Source: Podarcis cretensis
Taxonomy: Eukaryota
Reading direction: 5' to 3'
Assembly (NCBI GenBank): GCA_951804945.1
Contig: OX638154.1
Location: forward strand, 52,948,001-53,012,000
DNA length: 64,000 bases
Part shown: positions 60,601 through 64,000 of the stretch, piece after piece
How the letters are laid out: each line of letters opens with the position of its first letter
Position numbering within the stretch: the first letter of the stretch is position 1
Notes under the pieces: generated by a model
What the model saw: the letters and a program-made list of their open reading frames with translations, nothing else
Told to the model about the DNA's origin: nothing
Databases searched by the model: none
Made by a program: the position numbers and the translations under genes

Positions 60601-62862
60601 ATGCCTCTTAGATTTAATTTCCTTTTGCTTATTGGAAGCCTGGGCAATGGATAAAGTGTGTCACAAACGCTCTGATGTTCTAAAAAGCCACATTAATTAG
60701 AAATCAGTTTCCCTTAGTCATAATGATAAAATAATTCTGTTTCTCTCACTTTAACACCAGCTGCAATATTTTTCTTTCCTCTAGCCTTGGCATGATTCAT
60801 TTTATGGTCACCATTATTATTCAGAAAGTGGAGAAGTTGCTATAAATACACTGTGAATGGAAGTTCAGCTTATTAAATTCTTGCAACACACTTCAGGTTA
60901 CACAAGGCGTTGTCATCACTGTAGAAAAATTAAATGTGGCACACTACCAAATGAGAGCAATTCTACCGAAGATGAAACTTGCAGATGCCTTTAAAACTTT
61001 GTAAACTGCTTTGAGGTTTTCATTTTGTTTAACAATCAAGTTGTATATACATTTCATTTTATAAAGTAAAATAAAGACAAATAAAGCTTTAAAACATGTT
61101 ATTTAAATTGGCTGTTCTGTCTCCACCTAATAAGCATTGCAGTTGCAATGGGATTAAGAGCAGGAGAACCAGTTTTGGCTGCCAGCAATTATCAATAAAT
61201 CATTATTTAGATTTTAAACATTTAAAAACACATTATGCAAAAATGTCACCTCCATTATCAGTGCCTGAAGATATTATTATAATTATCATTATTACTTAAA
61301 TTTGTATACTGCCCATCATCTGAAGATCACAGTGTGGTTCACAACAAAAATGTACAAAATGAGAACACAAAATACAGAGAACAAACCAGTAGCCTCCTCC
61401 CTTCCCACAAACACATTTAAAATGCCAAAGAATGTTTAATCTCATTCTGACTAAGTTTCCCTCAGCTGGCTCCCTTTTTTTGTGCAAAGGAGAAAGTGAA
61501 TGCAAAGCTTCATGACTTGTGACTGGAAATTAGTCTCTCCTCAGAATCCGTGTTGAAGCTACTCTATTAGTTACAGGAAGGCAGAATAAAGAATATGTAC
61601 TCCCTGCTTGTTGGTTCCTGATAAATCCTTATTTCCCACTCCTCCTAACTATTTTTCTTCCAAGTTGAGGGAAGAAAAGTGTCCTCCCACCAAGGCTGGG
61701 TCAGACAGAGAATGAGACAAACAGACTGAAAAAGAGACTAATTAAATTAATTGCGGCTAGTAACATGACTGGCCTCCCTTCAAAGGAATATTGGACCCCA
61801 CTAAGTTGTAAGAATCTATAACCGCACTGAAAAAGCAGAGCCAGCAAATGGCACTTCAGTGAAGTGGAGACTGGCTGTTTAATAGGACCTATAAAATTTA
61901 TGCAAAGTGGGTGTTCTTCCTCCTTCTTTATCTTGCTTTTGGAATGTGCAAAATCAATCAGTATAATGAATAAAAGATGGTGCAAGAGAATTCAGAGGCA
62001 GAGACAGTTCCAACCTATGTTCAAATGGACAAGCAAAGATGTGAATTAAGGTCACATTCATACCACATGGCTTCCCCCAGAGAATTCTGGGAACTGTAAT
62101 TTACCTCCCACAGAGCTACAATTTCCAGAAACGCTCTGCAGGTCTGTGGCTGAGGTAGAATTTGACTTCCGGACTCTTCTGTGGTGAACCTCAGCAGCAC
62201 ATCTCTCACTGCTAGATGAAAGTGAATCACTAAGTCATGCCACTATTGCACATGGACTCAGACTCAAGTGGCCACTACGCCAAACCCATCCAACATCTCT
62301 GCCCCTGTCCAGCTAAATCAGAACATGCATTGCTATATCTACATTCAGGATAGCCATTTCAGTTCAATATCCATTTGTACTTTCACATCAAAAAGAGGAA
62401 GGCAAATGAAGAGAGAAGGGGGAGGTGCAACAAGTAGGTTAATGCTATCCAAGCACAATCTGTATTCTTCATGACTGCTGCTCTTGGATGAACACATTTA
62501 TTCAGTATCATGCTTAAATGCCAGAAAAGTAATTGTGCTCTTCTCTATTACACCTTGCTCCTAACACAGCATGCATATGTCTGAGGAAAACTCCCAGTCA
62601 TTTAATCACAATTAAGAAATCGAAAAATGTTCTATCTGCACAGAGTACATACAGTAGCTTCTGGTCATGCAACCTCACCTTTCTATGCAGCCACAGATTA
62701 AAAGAAAAAGAATCAATGGTTTTAACAGAGTTCTAGAATTCCCCTCTCTCAAACACTAAATTCACGGCTTACCTGTCCAGTGTCACTCTTCCAAGTACCC
62801 AATCCAACAAGAGGCAGCTTTTGCCCAGTATGAAGCAAAGCACAGTTGGCCTCAGAAGACAT
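51695..62862 (-). CDS. AKR1A1: Aldo-keto reductase 1A1 (aldehyde reductase), 327 aa
   Basis: Exons 62862-62773 ([26 protein letters not shown]), 59811-59692 ([14 protein letters not shown]), 59306-59155 ([17 protein letters not shown]), 58436-58241 (AIGLSNFN), 56672-56473 ([14 protein letters not shown]), 55627-55555 (VIPKSVT), 53272-53186, 51760-51695 ([14 protein letters not shown]). The catalytic Asp/Tyr/Lys/His are present. The non-coding first exon is presumably beyond the right edge. Confidence 0.96.
53310..53600 (-). mobile_element. L2-like LINE 3' tail
   Basis: TTTTATTTATACCCTGCCTTTCCC...GCTCAGGGAGGCTAACA antisense tail; similar tails at ~61270-61440 and ~63030-63110. Confidence 0.5.
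57915..58052 (+). mobile_element. Penelope-like element terminal fragment
   Basis: Perfect 13-bp flanking duplication CTTTCTTAGAAGA (57902-57914, 58053-58065); carries a hammerhead motif. Confidence 0.75.
57920..57957 (+). ncRNA. Minimal type I hammerhead ribozyme motif (Penelope-associated)
   Basis: GUAU-CUGAAGA-A-GUGUGC-AU-GCACAC-GAAA-GCUC-AUAC: CUGANGA and GAAA core, stem II, palindromic short stem III (AGCU), stem I GUAU/AUAC. Confidence 0.7.
60020..60200 (+). mobile_element. tRNA-derived SINE (squamate MIR-like)
   Basis: A-box-like GGTGGTTAGAATG, B-box GGTTCAAGTC, core GGGTGACTCTGAACCAGTCAC..CCTAACCTACCTCAC. Confidence 0.7.
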
Positions 62863-63896
62863 CTTTACCTAAAATAAATGCAATAATAAAAATATTAACT
62901 AGGACGCTATACCAATTTGTTTCACTACACAGAACAGAATGTGTAGTAGACTTGACATTATTCTTATTTAAGCTGAAACTGAGAGAGTGGAATGCAAAGT
63001 GTAAATATATAATAGGATGAATTATATTACATTTTATCCATGTAGAAAATTTAAATCCTGCCCTTCCATGGCAGACTCCATGTTCACAGTGGCTTACAAC
63101 AATTTAAAAACATCTACACATACACACACAAAATAAAAATCCATATTTGGACAATACCTTTATTAAACCAACAGCATATTAAGAGGAATCACTGTAGACG
63201 TAACCTGCAGGATGGGAGAGTTGTGCCTTTGCTGATAGTACTGTAAAGACAGGCTTTCCTTAAACAAGAGGTGCAGCTCAAGTTATTCTTTATAAATTAG
63301 AAGAGCTTGCTTTATTCCAAAAAGTGAAGCATGGATGCTACAAGTCTGAGTTTAGAAAGGACTGACCACAAGGATTTAGGCATAGTATTCCCCAAGCTCA
63401 TACCCTCTCCTTCCCCTACCATGTACCTTGGGATGTACCGTAACTTGAAGATATCGTAAGTCTATGCACTTCAATGAATAAATCTGTGCATAAACTGGCT
63501 GGCAGGTCTGTACCTGTAGCCTGATGCTTGCTTGTTATCAGAACAAGATATCAGTTTATCTTCTGACAAACTTAGAGAAGCATATAAAGGCAAGGTCTCT
63601 TGGTCTGTCCCAAAGCGACGGTCAGAGCCTGTTTCATAACAAGCAGATCTACAGAGCAGTATCAGGTTTTCATTCTCAACTTTCTGTTCACTGTCCAAAA
63701 CTTACACAATATACCACCATTAACTAACTCCTTCCCTGTTTCCTTCACACCTATTGCCTGAAAGTTGCAGATTCAATGGATTTTTATTCAGATGCAGGTT
63801 TCACTGAATTCAGCTGCAGTCTTACTCCCAAGTGTATGTGCATGGAACTGAAAGTAATTAAAAGGCATTCTGCTCAACTCTTTGTTGGATTAGTTT

Positions 63897-64000
63897 AAGG
63901 TAAAGGTAAGGTAAAGGTAAAGGACCCCTGAACGCTTAAGTCCAGTCAAAGGCAACTATGGGGTGTGGCACTCAGCTCACTTTTCAGGCCAATGGAGCTG
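63897..64000 (-). mobile_element. Sauria SINE 3' end (continues beyond the window)
   Basis: (AAAGGT)n followed by GACCCCTG..AAGTCCAGTC..CTATGGGGT. Confidence 0.8.

Overview
Vertebrate genomic DNA from a squamate, most likely a lacertid lizard (Sauria SINEs, squamate MITEs, CR1/L2/L1/Penelope fragments). Exons were reconstructed by hand from splice signals and reading phase. Left to right: the 5' end of KIF2C/MCAK (-, exons 1-2) with a CpG promoter; a complete U5 snRNA gene (-); CCDC17 (+); NASP (-, complete, including the 951-nt tNASP cassette exon); and AKR1A1 (-, all 8 coding exons). The most notable observations are: (1) CCDC17 can be spliced in frame through ~18 further intact exons, giving a ~1,470-aa protein with four C2-like repeats instead of the ~620-aa mammalian form; (2) a young ~0.8-kb intronic retroelement-derived unit has its own promoter, a poly(A) signal and an ENE-like (triple-helix-type) U-rich RNA fold; (3) an antisense Sauria SINE landed inside a CCDC17 5' splice site and supplies replacement donors; (4) a ~316-nt fold-back hairpin lies near the CCDC17 3' end; (5) there are Penelope-type hammerhead ribozyme motifs; (6) NASP has a candidate intronic-polyadenylation isoform. 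Family assignments come from recalled sequence similarity, not database searches.
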